From Antedon mediterranea (lineage: Eukaryota > Animalia > Echinodermata), in contig NC_092670.1 in NCBI RefSeq assembly GCF_964355755.1, forward strand, positions 19,702,795-19,766,794: DNA of 64,000 bases. Reading direction: 5' to 3'. The position numbers and the translations under genes were made by a program. Below, piece by piece: positions 30,201-43,100 of this stretch. The notes beneath the pieces were generated by a model. It was not told where the DNA came from. It did not search any database and worked only from the letters and a program-made list of their open reading frames with translations. Each line of letters opens with the position of its first letter. The first letter of the stretch is position 1.

Positions 30201-31070
30201 TAATTTTAATTCATATTCATCACTTTGAACTCAAATTAGCATATTAGTTGTTCTATAAAAAATTTGTAATTTTACAAGAAAATTTCTCCACATTTGGAAA
30301 TGTGTTTATATATAACCATATGGTGTTCCGAAATTGGCAATTATAGACATTCAGTTCAAGTTTTTTGAAATACAATAGAGGCTTTTCTCTATTTTTTACA
30401 TTCTGAACAGTGTTATCTCCAGCATTGGGTATCGTCAAAGGTTTGTTATTTTTACTAAAATCAAATAAACTTCTTCCTCTGCTCAGATACATTTCCCTCA
30501 ATGGTAGACATATAATGTTTTTTTTTTAATAGCACCAGATAGTAAAAATCCTGATATTTTTTTTCCAGAAATAAAATTCCGACATAGTTTATCAGCTGTT
30601 TACTAATAAACAACAACAGTTGTCATGGTAATATCCCATTCTCAGAGTACCGACCATTCCAAATTTCAGAGTTGACAAAGAAATATTGCGCTTAAATTAA
30701 CATATTTACCAAATTAGGGTAAAATTATAAAATTAAGAAAAAGATGCAATAGTTTTATATTAAAGATCATGTCACTATTTGTAAGTGTTTATCTTTACTG
30801 TTTTAAATTAAATTTGCAATTATGCTGCAAAATTTCCACCACTTTTTGTGAATCACACCCGACAAAAATATAGCGCAATTGAAATAGTTGCACATCATAA
30901 AGCACACAAAAGAATATTTGCAATGAAGAACATCCCTGTCAGCATCTGGGAGATGAGTTGTTGGTGGAACATAGTTTTCGTGGACCTTTCGGTCTTGCTT
31001 TACGTACAGGACACACACACTACCATGAGCAATGGAAGGCGGGAACGCAATGAACTGTCAAGAATCACAC

Positions 31071-31115
31071 TTAATAGGGAGTATACCTCGCATAGCCTCC
31101 TCTGTATACACTAGC
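31071..31115 (-). CDS. RBFOX: Rbfox terminal exon ([14 protein letters not shown]), PY-NLS-like
   Basis: Acceptor tattttag; matches vertebrate ASLYRGGYxRFAPY*. Confidence 0.9.
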   Translation of the reverse strand, partial: ASVYRGGYARYTPY

Positions 31116-34100
31116 CTAAAATAAGAAATACATAATAATTAGTAATATTTTTCATGGAAATGGAAGAAAGTTGATGATACCATTAGGTTGTATGGTATGT
31201 TACTTTCATTTCAACATAGTTGGTCTAGTGAACATTATTTTGTGTCAAACGTTTTCTTCTTAGGCCAAATGTAATGAAACAGTAAGATAAATTTACTTCT
31301 AAAGAAAATAAAGCTAAATACAACTTATTAGAAAAGTTCAAAATAGATTAGACAAAGAGATTATACACATCAAACATTTTAAGAAAAAAGTGCATGAAAT
31401 AAGTTTAAGGAAAAAAAGAGTTAGCAATCAGTAGAAAAAAGGGGTTTTCTATTACTTCTGACTATTACATGTATGTAACTATTGTATGTATGTAATTAAT
31501 GCATGTAATAAATATAAGACATCATTTGTGATGTACTATAAGATGATGGATATGTATGTGCAGAGGCAGTTGTGTTTGACGAAATCCTTTTTTTTCTAAC
31601 CTTTTCAAACTAGGGACTAGCAGCAGTATAGGCTTTCCTAGCCTTGCCCTTTTTTCCTTTTGCCATAATGTAGTAGTAATGTTTTGTTGTTGTATTGTTT
31701 TATTTTCTGAATATTGTAGTTTTTATATTTTGTACTATTCATTAATAAATTATTATCTTTAGAAATATTAAATTCCTGTAGATGGATTTACATGGTAAAT
31801 TTGTTTTTTAATAAACTAAAGCATTATAAAAACTAATTTTAACTGCAATGAATTAAAATCCATCAATAAAATACTTTAATTTTTTCAATGACAAGTATTT
31901 CTTTCCTCAAATGATACCATTAGACATTTTACAGTAAATGCATTTATGATATGTTAATTATGGAACGGACATGACGCAGATGTATGCAATCATGCATAAC
32001 AATTCTAATGGCTTTCTACAAATCTTGTCTAAACTTTTACTAAGGTCATTCATATGTCAGTGACTGTTTGAACTTCGAACTTCAGGCAGGGATTTTATTG
32101 AGTCATGTAAGATGTTGATATCTATACTATAACAGAGAGAGAGAGAGATTGTACATTTTGTCCGTAATACAAATGTTTGCTATTGCACGTACCCATATTT
32201 AAAGAAATTGCCCCGCAGGTATCTTTCCTTATCCTTACTAGTATAGTACATGGATACAATAAATAAGTATGATTTTTAATTTTGTTTGCTTATAAATTTA
32301 GGGTTGGCTATAAGTATAATTGTGTATTTAATGGTATAAATCATGATAGTGTAAAAGTAATAATGCTACAGTTTACTAATGTAATAATGTAACATGAATA
32401 TTGCAACATGAAAACATACAATAAAGGTTGAACAACATCTAATCATTAAACACTAACACAAAAAAAACAATCACTATTTCTAATCAGGCCAAAATAAATA
32501 CTAGTAACTAATAACATCATTCATATAAATAAATCAAAAAGAAATACATACAGTAAACATATCAAAATGTCTAATAAAAGATATTGATAATTGGAATGTA
32601 ATTTTATGTTTGATTAAATGTTTAACCTCATATTACTATTGTCTGTTATAAGATGCTCGACACAAAGTCTGAGACAGGAATTTTAAAGTGCAATGTCAAT
32701 GTGACAGGATTTGGTATCAATCAATTTTTTTTTAAGATTTTAAAATTTGGAAGTTTATATTTCTAAATGTCTTCATTATCAATATCTTTTTCACTTTAGC
32801 TTCACATGTTTGAAAATGCTTGAATCTATTATATCATGACCATTTATAGGACTTTCTTGCCAATTATATACAAATGGTGAAATACCATTTTCATTTGTTT
32901 AAATTCTTTGACCATATATGATATTTTCCAATATTTAATGGTAAATATGGAAATATCAAAACAAATTTAAAGATGAACACAAACATTTCCAAGCAGAATG
33001 CTAAAAGTGATTTTTATTTAAAACGTAAAAAAATTCAAGGCAAAATCCACCACAAAGGACAAGGGCTACAGACTATATCACTCCAGTGAATATGGAGACA
33101 TAATTGCCCCTTTGGATTTACCCGTGCAATAGAGGGGTATCTTACCCCGTACGCTGCGGCCGCTGGGCCGATCGTGTGATGATACGGATCCGCATATTCC
33201 CTGGCATATGGAATTGCGTAGGCTGCTGCCGGTGCTGCGTATCGACTTATGTAGCCTCCATATGCTGTGGCTGCTGCAGCGCTCTGTAAAAGAAGTTCCG
33301 TCTTTGTAGCATAAAGAAAGAAAATAAAGAGATGGAAAAAATTGTTTGTTAGTTAAGCAAACACAGCAAACTATTACTAGCAGGCAAACAAGCATATACT
33401 AACCTTTTATATATTATTATTATTATTATTATTAAAACATAATTATTATGTGTATAAATAATTAGGAATCAGGTGAGGTGAAATAAAGAATAAAACTATT
33501 ATGTTGAATTCAGTTATTTCTTATGTGTGTGAAATAATGAACAATATAATGTGAAAACAAAGAAAATTGAATTTAAAATACACATTTTGAAAAACAATAA
33601 TTTAAAATGAAGCCAATGAAATCATAAGAAACAAATAAACTGTGTTATAAATCCATTCAATTTCATATTTCAAACTTTGGAAATAGCAGTATACACTTGC
33701 CATCAAACATATCTCTTTAGAGCATTCCTCGTTTACACAAATGGAAGCAAGCCATGAAGAGATAAATTCAATCAGCATACAGAATTAAAAATACAATTTC
33801 CAAGTATACAGTAGAACTACTTTTGTGCAAGGATATGGATGTAATTTGGTCTCATGAAGTTAGTAAAATGTTACATATAGTATAGTGTTCAATATTCATG
33901 CTATCTTTTAAACCATTTTTTTCTATGGTTTAAATAATCATATTCTATATTTTGACATTCCTACCCTGTATCATGCGTTCATTATTAATTTGTTTAAACA
34001 TGGGGAAATTATAAAGTAGTTCCGCCATGGTTTAAATAAATTATAATTATAAAAATACATTGTACTAAAAAATACAGTATATATTGTGTTTACTTTAATT

Positions 34101-37100
34101 TGTGTACAAATTCATTAAAATAATGCTACAGCAATTCATTTATCATTCAAACATATTTAAGGTTAAATTACGTCATTACAATATTTGTACAACATTCACA
34201 AACACAGGCAGAAGATTTATGAAGAAACAAGTTTTATTTTAAGGAATTTCACTTCAAATTCTTTATATCATTCCATGCAGTATTAGATTTATAAATTGTC
34301 ATATATAGGAATTACAATACTATTACGAGGATAAAGGATAAAATGAATGTAATAATTTACACATATTGACAATTCACGTTTCCATTATTCATTCATATAT
34401 AACTGTAGGCCTATGCAATATAGTCAAGTTGTGTTGCAAGTGGGATGTTAGTTTGGCAAGATACTGTAGAACATGCAGCATAAAAATGTCTTTCAAATAA
34501 GTATTTATAGTTAACACTTTTTGTGGGGTATAATAGTTATTTATTTCTCTTAGGTGTACCACAATTACCAGGAGTAAGTTTTTCACAGGATGAATACATG
34601 ATACATTTTATCATGCTTATTTAACTTTATGAGACAACGAAATGTGATGTGTCCATATATGGACATGATTATGTCATATCACTACCATATTTAGGAATAT
34701 CACTACCATATTTAGGAATATCACTACCATATTTGGGCACATCACACTTTTTGTGCAAACTAGTTTGATGGTGTAGACCGAGCTTAAGTCTCATTTCAGT
34801 CAAGTAGAAACAATTCTGGTACTAGTCAGGATTGAACCCTAGACCAAGGGATTGTTGTTAACCACCATGCTACAGCTCCACAACTCCACTATTTTATACA
34901 GCCAATCCAACCATTGCCATTGAAATAAATACATTTCTTGATAACAATTTGTCTGGAGTGTCTGGAATAACCAGAAAGAATTGTGGTTGTGGTAAATGGA
35001 TTTTGAACCTAACTGTAGTGTCTGTGTTACATACCTGGTATCTATCTGCTGCCGCTGCTGTATAAAAGGTTTCTGGATAGATTGCAGCTGTTGCGTAACC
35101 TGGTACTGGTGGTGGGGGTGCTAATCGGTATGCGGTGTAAGCACCTCTGATTGCACGACCTCTGCCTGCAGCGATTACTGGAGCTCTTAGTACACCTATT
35201 ATAGATATAGGTTACATAGTTACCAAAGTTAATACATCATAAAACATTTACATAAGAAAAAAAAATAATAATAGATAATAATATATGGATATTTAAACAA
35301 AACTTAAAAGAGATGCAGTAAAACCTCTATTAAAAGACACTTTAGGGACCTAACAAGGGATAGGCCTTATTTTTAGAACATATTTTCTCCCTTGTTTCTT
35401 TCACAGGAAAATGTACCCTTAATAGGGGTGTTCCAAAGGAGCAGTTGTATTGTAGAGAGTACAACTTTTTTTTGTTTATTTCACCTACCAGCAAGAGACT
35501 CGCCGTTGGGGGTTGGTTTATTTTTATTCGTCATTACTCGTGCTGTGGCATTATTTACCTGTCAGAAACACAAAGGTAAAGAGTCAAGACAAATGTAAAA
35601 TATAATCCATGAAAATTGACACAAAACAAGACGCAACATTAGGACATTAGATGAAAACATTTACAGGACAATATTTTTTATACACAATTAATTTTTTGAA
35701 TCAAGTCAATTTAATTTTGCCAGAAGGTAGTTGATTTGGTTTTCTCCTTTTTAAAAACTATTTATCAAAATTTGTTAATTGAGTAAGCATATATTTCTTC
35801 ATGCTGTATTTATATTTATAAAACTTTATTACTGTTATAATTATTAATTATATATATTCTGCTCAATCCTAATTATGTTTAATGTTATTAGTTTCATTAT
35901 AAGTAACAATTTGATACATCAAATAGATAGATACTTTTTATACTAACTATCATTATTATAACAAACATTACTTTCCAATTCTTATATCTTTATATTAAAA
36001 ATTTTAAAATGTATACATAATTTTCTTCCAAATTTCATTAATAGCATAAATTTGTATTAATTTTTTTAAATTCTCACAGATTGCATGATTTTTATCGATT
36101 CAAATTAATTATTAAATTTCAGTATATCACCAGGCGGTTTAGAATTTATTCTGTGCCTGTGATGTTTATAATATTCAAATATTTATATAAATGATATCAT
36201 AATTTTAATTTAGAGGAAGTTAACAATGAGTTTTAACAAATTGTATAATATTTGGATTAAAGTTATAAATATTAATTTATATTCAGACATGACATATACA
36301 ACTACAGCACAAACATTAAACATAAAGAATTTCACAAAATAGTTTTAAACAGTCTTGCCATAGGTACCACTTGTAGATTTGTTTCTGTTATAATTTTTAT
36401 GTTGCAAAAGTTAATTAACTGATTTTATTTTAAAGATAATGAGAATTCAATATAGAAAAATAATGCCGTTGACATCAAAATAATGTCTAGATAATTTAAG
36501 TAGATAATCTACACGATGTCGCCAAAAGTTTGGATGTGTATGCAATTGTTCTGAAGAAAGTTGTTATCCAGATAATTATTGATGTAGTTTAAGATTACAA
36601 GGCCATAATGTTTAATGTATGCAATATTATCTCTTATAAAGACATTATTTTAATATTTTTAATAATTATGTAATTTGAAGGTACAGAGGTTATTGTTGAG
36701 AATATTGACCCAAATAAAGTATACCAGCCAGTAATGTTAATAGGTGGAAAGGACCTACAGTACTGTATACATATACTGTACAATCAATCTGTTAACATTT
36801 CATCTAGTGTCAAGGTGTACTCAAATTAACTTTGTAGAGAATTGTTTACTTTTTATTTTCTTTATAAATATTTTAAATTATATAATAAAATTCATATAGC
36901 TGGTCCTAGCTTTTGTTAACCAAGGCAAGACTGTTTCATATAATAAAAAACATACAAATAAAGCATTTTATTTACATCAAAATATCTTGAAAACATATGC
37001 TTTAAAATTAATCAAAAAGTTAAAAAGCAAAGCTAATTATCAATTGTGGTAATCACCATTAAAAAAACTTTTTTTTTAATATAAATTTTATAATATCATT

Positions 37101-40100
37101 TTCGACAAGAATTTTAAGTATTTTTTTAATTATTATACATTCAAACAGATATAATTTTTTGACCATAACAATATTTTTCTAGAACATAATTTTTGTTTGT
37201 TTTCAGAGATATTTTGATGTATTTATTGACATTGTTGCTTGACCTACACTTTAGGAAGAGGAAGAAATCCTAGAAAAATTTACAATAATAGAAACATTGA
37301 AAATAGAGAAGATGAAAAAGAAACTTATAATGTATATATAAACAGAATATATATCACTCCTACCTGTTCCGTAACCATCTGATATTGAAATAATGTGGAC
37401 TGACTCCTAACATTCTAAAAACCTACCAGTACATAGCGCCCTCTATTCTGTTTTTAATTCAGACATGTAGAGTTGTGGGTAAATTTTCAGGTCAAGCAAG
37501 ATAAATTAGTTAATAATATGTTAATGTAAAACATCATTTTTGAAAAGATGATTAAATATTATACTATTCAGTTTCATTTAATTAATCTTCAGTTTGAACA
37601 TGTCAGGGAAAATATTAATTTTGGTTATATTCCAGCATGAAATTTCATTTTGGTATTCAGGTTTAATATTTTCCACTAAAAAATAATAACCTGCATCTTA
37701 GTGTAATAAATTTTGATCTGGGAATACAGGTTGGCCTATTAGGGATAATTTCTGCATCATTGGGAGATACCATTCCTGATGTGAGGTATTAGGAATAATC
37801 CAACTTACCATTCAGTTATTCCTGATAGTTTGTCTTGAGCCTGATGGCAGCCAATTTCTTTATAGCGGAAAAATTTTCATGATCAATTCAATTCTTAATA
37901 TTGTTATTAGACTATTGTTTTTTTTTGTTTCATAGAGACAAACAGATGCTCGCACAAAACAAGAGTGGAAAAAAATCGCATGCACGATGCAGAGGACATA
38001 AACCAGGTATGTGCAGCGAGTTGTAGTGGTTACCAAAAAACACCGGCAAATTCATCAAATTCAAGACCGGAGCAAAAACACATTCCAGGATAAACTATAG
38101 AGGGCACTAATAATAGCACACGATGGCGGCAAACATCTCTAAAACAACACGTTAAGTAGTAAAAACTAAAGAAACTGCTACAAAAATAAAATAAAAACTG
38201 TGAATACTTTGACCGGTTGGTTTTAATCTCTGATCTTCATTGATGACGTAATTTGTTTTTGTTTTTTTTCACGTTTGTTTTAGAGCACATAGCTTTTGTT
38301 CTAAGCGATAAGAACTTACCCAACCCTGACCAGTTAAAAAATCAGCAGAATAATAGCAGATAACGTCTTAACCCAAAGCACTTTGAATTGCTTATCCCTC
38401 TTTAAATGTTCTTCTGGTAAAACATAAATAAATATATAGATGTATAAACGAGCCGTAGAAGGTCTCGATAATGGAAGTCAGAGATTTGAAAAGTTGTACA
38501 CCCACTAGGCCTGGCTCTGCGTAGTGGTAATCGTCAAATGTGGGATTATCATTTTGATTTATGTTGCACATGACCGGTTAATTTCATCACGTAAGCGCCA
38601 ATTCAAACGAAATATAAATCAAATAAAATGAATGAAAATTTTGTCTTAATTAACTAAAACAAACTACAAAATGTCAAAAAATGCGCATTCATCTATGTAG
38701 CCTTCATGCCAACAAATTTGCATAAAAAATTTAAATAAATTCATGACACCCAGAAAAAACGGGATAAAATTTTAAGTATGATAGGTTAATCGTGTGGGAT
38801 CGTTCACGGGTAATAACAAAAAATATTTCTGCGAGCAGGCCTAGTAAAGTGGCATATAAGAGTGTGTACTGGTTAGTGGTATATACTTCACACTCATCAC
38901 GTAACTAAAAAACATGCGTGGTCTGAAATAAATCACACGAACCAGTTAACACACCGTACTAGAGAGTAAAACAGACAGATATAGTAGAAAAGAAGTAGAG
39001 AAGAAGCATAGGTCACATTAAAGAAGAAATCTTACGAATGACATGCACCTCAATCTTTCGCCCCTCAACTATCGTCCCGTTCAATTTCTCTCTTGCCCTC
39101 TCGGCGTCCGAACTATTTTGGAAGGTTACAAAACCGAATCCCTGCATGCATCGGAAAATAAATAATACACATGCAGAACATTATAATAAACCATGCATAG
39201 TAGAAAACACAAGTTAATCATATGATCGGTGCGTAATGCAATTGGTTTGATAACGTGCTTTTTTGTTTTCAATTTGTTGTTTTGGAAAGCCATAAATTTG
39301 AAAGTAGTCTCACGACAATAAATCTCAGTCGTGGTTCTGTCCATTCTGTCGACGTTGATCAATCATGGTCAGAAAATAAACTTTAAACAAAATTATTCTC
39401 AACATAGCACGGTACTAAAGATCACTACACTCATGAAAAACAAACCAAGTCATGTTGCATTATGGGTACAGGAAACAGGGATTGAAATTGTGTGTCAAAG
39501 TTCATTGTCATGATTGGATCATCCAAATTATTTTGGGAGATATTTCTGGCCAATCATGCTTTCTCAGGGTTTATAAATATATATATATAAATATTTGTGT
39601 TTCCGTTAACATATAGTGCAGATCAAAATGAATCTATAAAAAATAAGCACATTTATATCACAATCTATAACAAATATTACCAGTAATTTTGTATCATTAG
39701 AAATAACATCTATTTAGTTCATAACATTTATATGAAAAGCTTGCCTGAATTGGCAACATTTAAAACATAGAGATTTTAGTATATTGAAAAAAACATATAA
39801 CTATATTTGGTGCTTTTTTTTTTCAATATTTTTATAATTCATTTAGATAAGCACTATAAAATTATAAAGCATTTGTGTACAGTATAAGTTCATTGAGGGA
39901 AAAAACATGGTAGTTAGGTACAGTATAATCAAATTCATTATCAAAATCATAATTTCATATACGTTATGCAGCATGATAGAGAATATATCTGAGCCTTTGA
40001 TATTAAAAAGGTCAGACAATGTCTTTTAGAGAACAGCATATGGTCATTGTTTGTCAAAAAATCCTATTGCTGTTAGATCATACCATTTTTATAATAGGGA

Positions 40101-43100
40101 TGCAAACACATGGCCAGTACCATTAAAATTACCTAAATGTGCAATATGCATTAGCCATCTTTCGAATTACCATAACAAATTTATGATTTAAAATAAAACA
40201 CCATATGTCTAACATTTTCAGAGCAATTATCGTTAGCGAAAGAGTCAAAATTTTCTCGATCAACGAAAAGAAAGCTTTTTACTGCTCATGATAAATCCAA
40301 GTAAAGAAATCATTTATCATCATACAAACGTCCTTTTAAAATATTTCTATGAAAAATAAAATCTCCCGATAGATCTAATTTGTAGATTCGTAACCAATTA
40401 TTGACATTATGAAATATATATGTACTTTTTAGATTTTTGAAACTTGTCATAAAAAAATAAAAAATTCTCAGGAATAAAATAATCGGCATCTGGTTTTTTA
40501 AGATCAAATTTGAATGCCATTTTCTTTCAATGTTTAAAATTTAAAGACTGTTTTTAATGATTGCCGTATATGAAGACTACATTTTGCTGGTGGTAGAAGT
40601 AAGAGGAATTTATGGTCACACGTTTTCTTAATAAACTTGTATCTATATATCTATATAGTCTACAGCCTTCACCAATGATTTATAAAGATGGTATGATCTA
40701 AAACACAAATAGAACACAATTTATTTGGTAAATTCAAGCATAGCAAAACATAACACAAATAATGACAATAGAAATATCACAGGCAGCAAGATTACTAGGA
40801 ACTTAAGTATGAATTTTTTTTTAAATTCGAAAAAACGTGCCGAACAAAAAAAAACAACATTCAATAGAAACAAAATGCAACGTTTCATTGTAACATTGTA
40901 AAACATAGGAAAAACGACATAACAGTATCACAACAAATAACACATGCACACTCGGTGTTTGTATGAAATTACCTACAGTATTTATGGATTAAACGATTGT
41001 ATGACACATAGTGAATCCGTAGCTACTGTACAAACTAAATTCATTTTGTAGGGTTACCCAACTGAATAGTACAGTTAGGCATACACATAATGTTTGATAA
41101 TATTCTATGACTTTAGGATTGATGCGGAGTCACACAATTTCAAGTGCATTTTTTTCCTAATGTGATAATGGTTGTTGAAAATGTATTGAACCTTGTTAAT
41201 TATTATCACACATTATATAAATTTAGTATTGACTATTTTATTGTGTAAAATGGCTTCTTTCTGGCTGTTTTGATTATTTTATTAGTATCTCCCATCAGAT
41301 TCAGCAACTGATATTCACAGCATTGTTATTTTTTTCAGTAATAATAGTAATATTCCTTTGCATTTATTGTGTAAAATTTATATATAACTATTATTTTAAT
41401 CTAATCTAATAATCTAATTTTAATGTTTACTGTAAAGGAAAGGATCTTTAACCCATCCTAACTCTTGATTATTGTATTTATTGATGACTAAATAATTTGT
41501 ATTATTTGATTATTACAATTTATTGCTTAATCAAAGTGGAATATTAGTAAATGGTTTTTGAACACACCTGTAGTGTAAAATACCTTTTAGAAAAACATTT
41601 TTCTTACTAGTACTAGATTATTTACTGAATTTGCTGTAGATAGAACAAAGGTTCTGTCTTCTTATTTTCAATTTCTAAATTAATGGAGCCCAACAGGCAT
41701 AGTGCTAAATAATGTCATTTTCGCGTATGTTTAAATTTCCATTCATGTTGCATTCTGTTTTATGCTAAATAAATGTTTTTTTTTTCTCTCATTAAGAAAC
41801 ACACTGTGCAAACACACACAACATACACAGTTTGTGAATTTAAATGTGCTCATTTTTTGTTGAATTCATAAAATATTTGATTGTGGAAAATTGAGATGTT
41901 ACAAAATGTAATCTATACATCATTTCTGTCAAACTTGCTTAATGCATTGTTCGCATCGACATTCTAAGAAAAGATTTCAATTTTTCAAGTTACACATTTT
42001 ATGAATTTTCAAAAACATTAAACGAATTTTGATTAATTTAAAAGTTTGATAAAATAATTTTGAGCCAGAATCCTCCAACCAGGAGGTCAAAGGGCAATAT
42101 TATTGAATTTATGCACAAAAAATGAGTGCGAGGTGTAATAAATACAGTTTTATGTCTCTGTGAGGAAAATCAGGCAATAGAACATCAAATGCCAACAGTT
42201 CAATTATTGCGCTTTCATTTGTATAAGCCATGAATATAATTTTGCTGAGTAGTTATAATACTGCAGTTACTGCAGGAATCTTGAGTGACCAGATCTTGGA
42301 TCAGACACATGTAGTAACATACAGTAGTACATACTTGCAGTTACTGTAAAGGTTTCCGAAACATGTGTTATACAGGTATTACTTTACACCTGTAGTAGTA
42401 ACTTACTACAGGTAACATATCTACTGCAGTAATTGACAATTTTCAGGATATATTATTAAAGAAACATTTGCAGCTTTTCTATTGCCTGGTTTGCCATGTT
42501 TTTCAAATTTGATTCATTAGTTTTATTTTATGTGTAACTTAAAATAGAAATACTACTTAATGGGCACACAAGTCATGCTCATTACCATATATGCAAATTA
42601 AATGAAAGGGTTGATTGGCTCTGATTGGTTCAGTCATTTGTACATATTGTAATTATGTAAATTGTAAACCTTTTACAAGATTTTATTTTAAGAAAAAAAA
42701 AGATTAATTTAAAAAAAAAAATATTTCATTTCCAAATATAATATTTAAGACTTCTTGCCCTTATAACAAAATTGAATATTTGCGGCAGCCTCTCAAACAC
42801 AGAATCTACTGTAGGTAATTACACCATTAATGTTTTAACTACAGGTTTGGGACACACATATTCCTCAAAATGTTATATGTGAGGCTATAATAGAAATTCT
42901 GATGATCAATTAAATCTAATGGTTTATATTAATTTTTTTTTTTGCAATATAAAATATTGTACAGAATAACTACAACCAATACACTAATATTTTGTAAAAT
43001 TCAAAAACCTGTAAAGTAATAATTATAATATCTGTCTGACAATTAATTTATAACTAATTCAAATAGATCTGAATATTATTTTTTAGTAGTTATTATTATG

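Noticed and set aside
33078-33395. 105-aa minus-strand ORF
   Set aside because: Out-of-frame reading of the penultimate Rbfox exon; the ADPYHH frame is the conserved one.
37434-38110. CTCF-like TAGAGGGCGCTA / TAGAGGGCACTA cores at ~37434 and ~38098
   Set aside because: Only the 3' half of the motif matches and the surroundings look TE-derived; not supportable without scoring or ChIP data.
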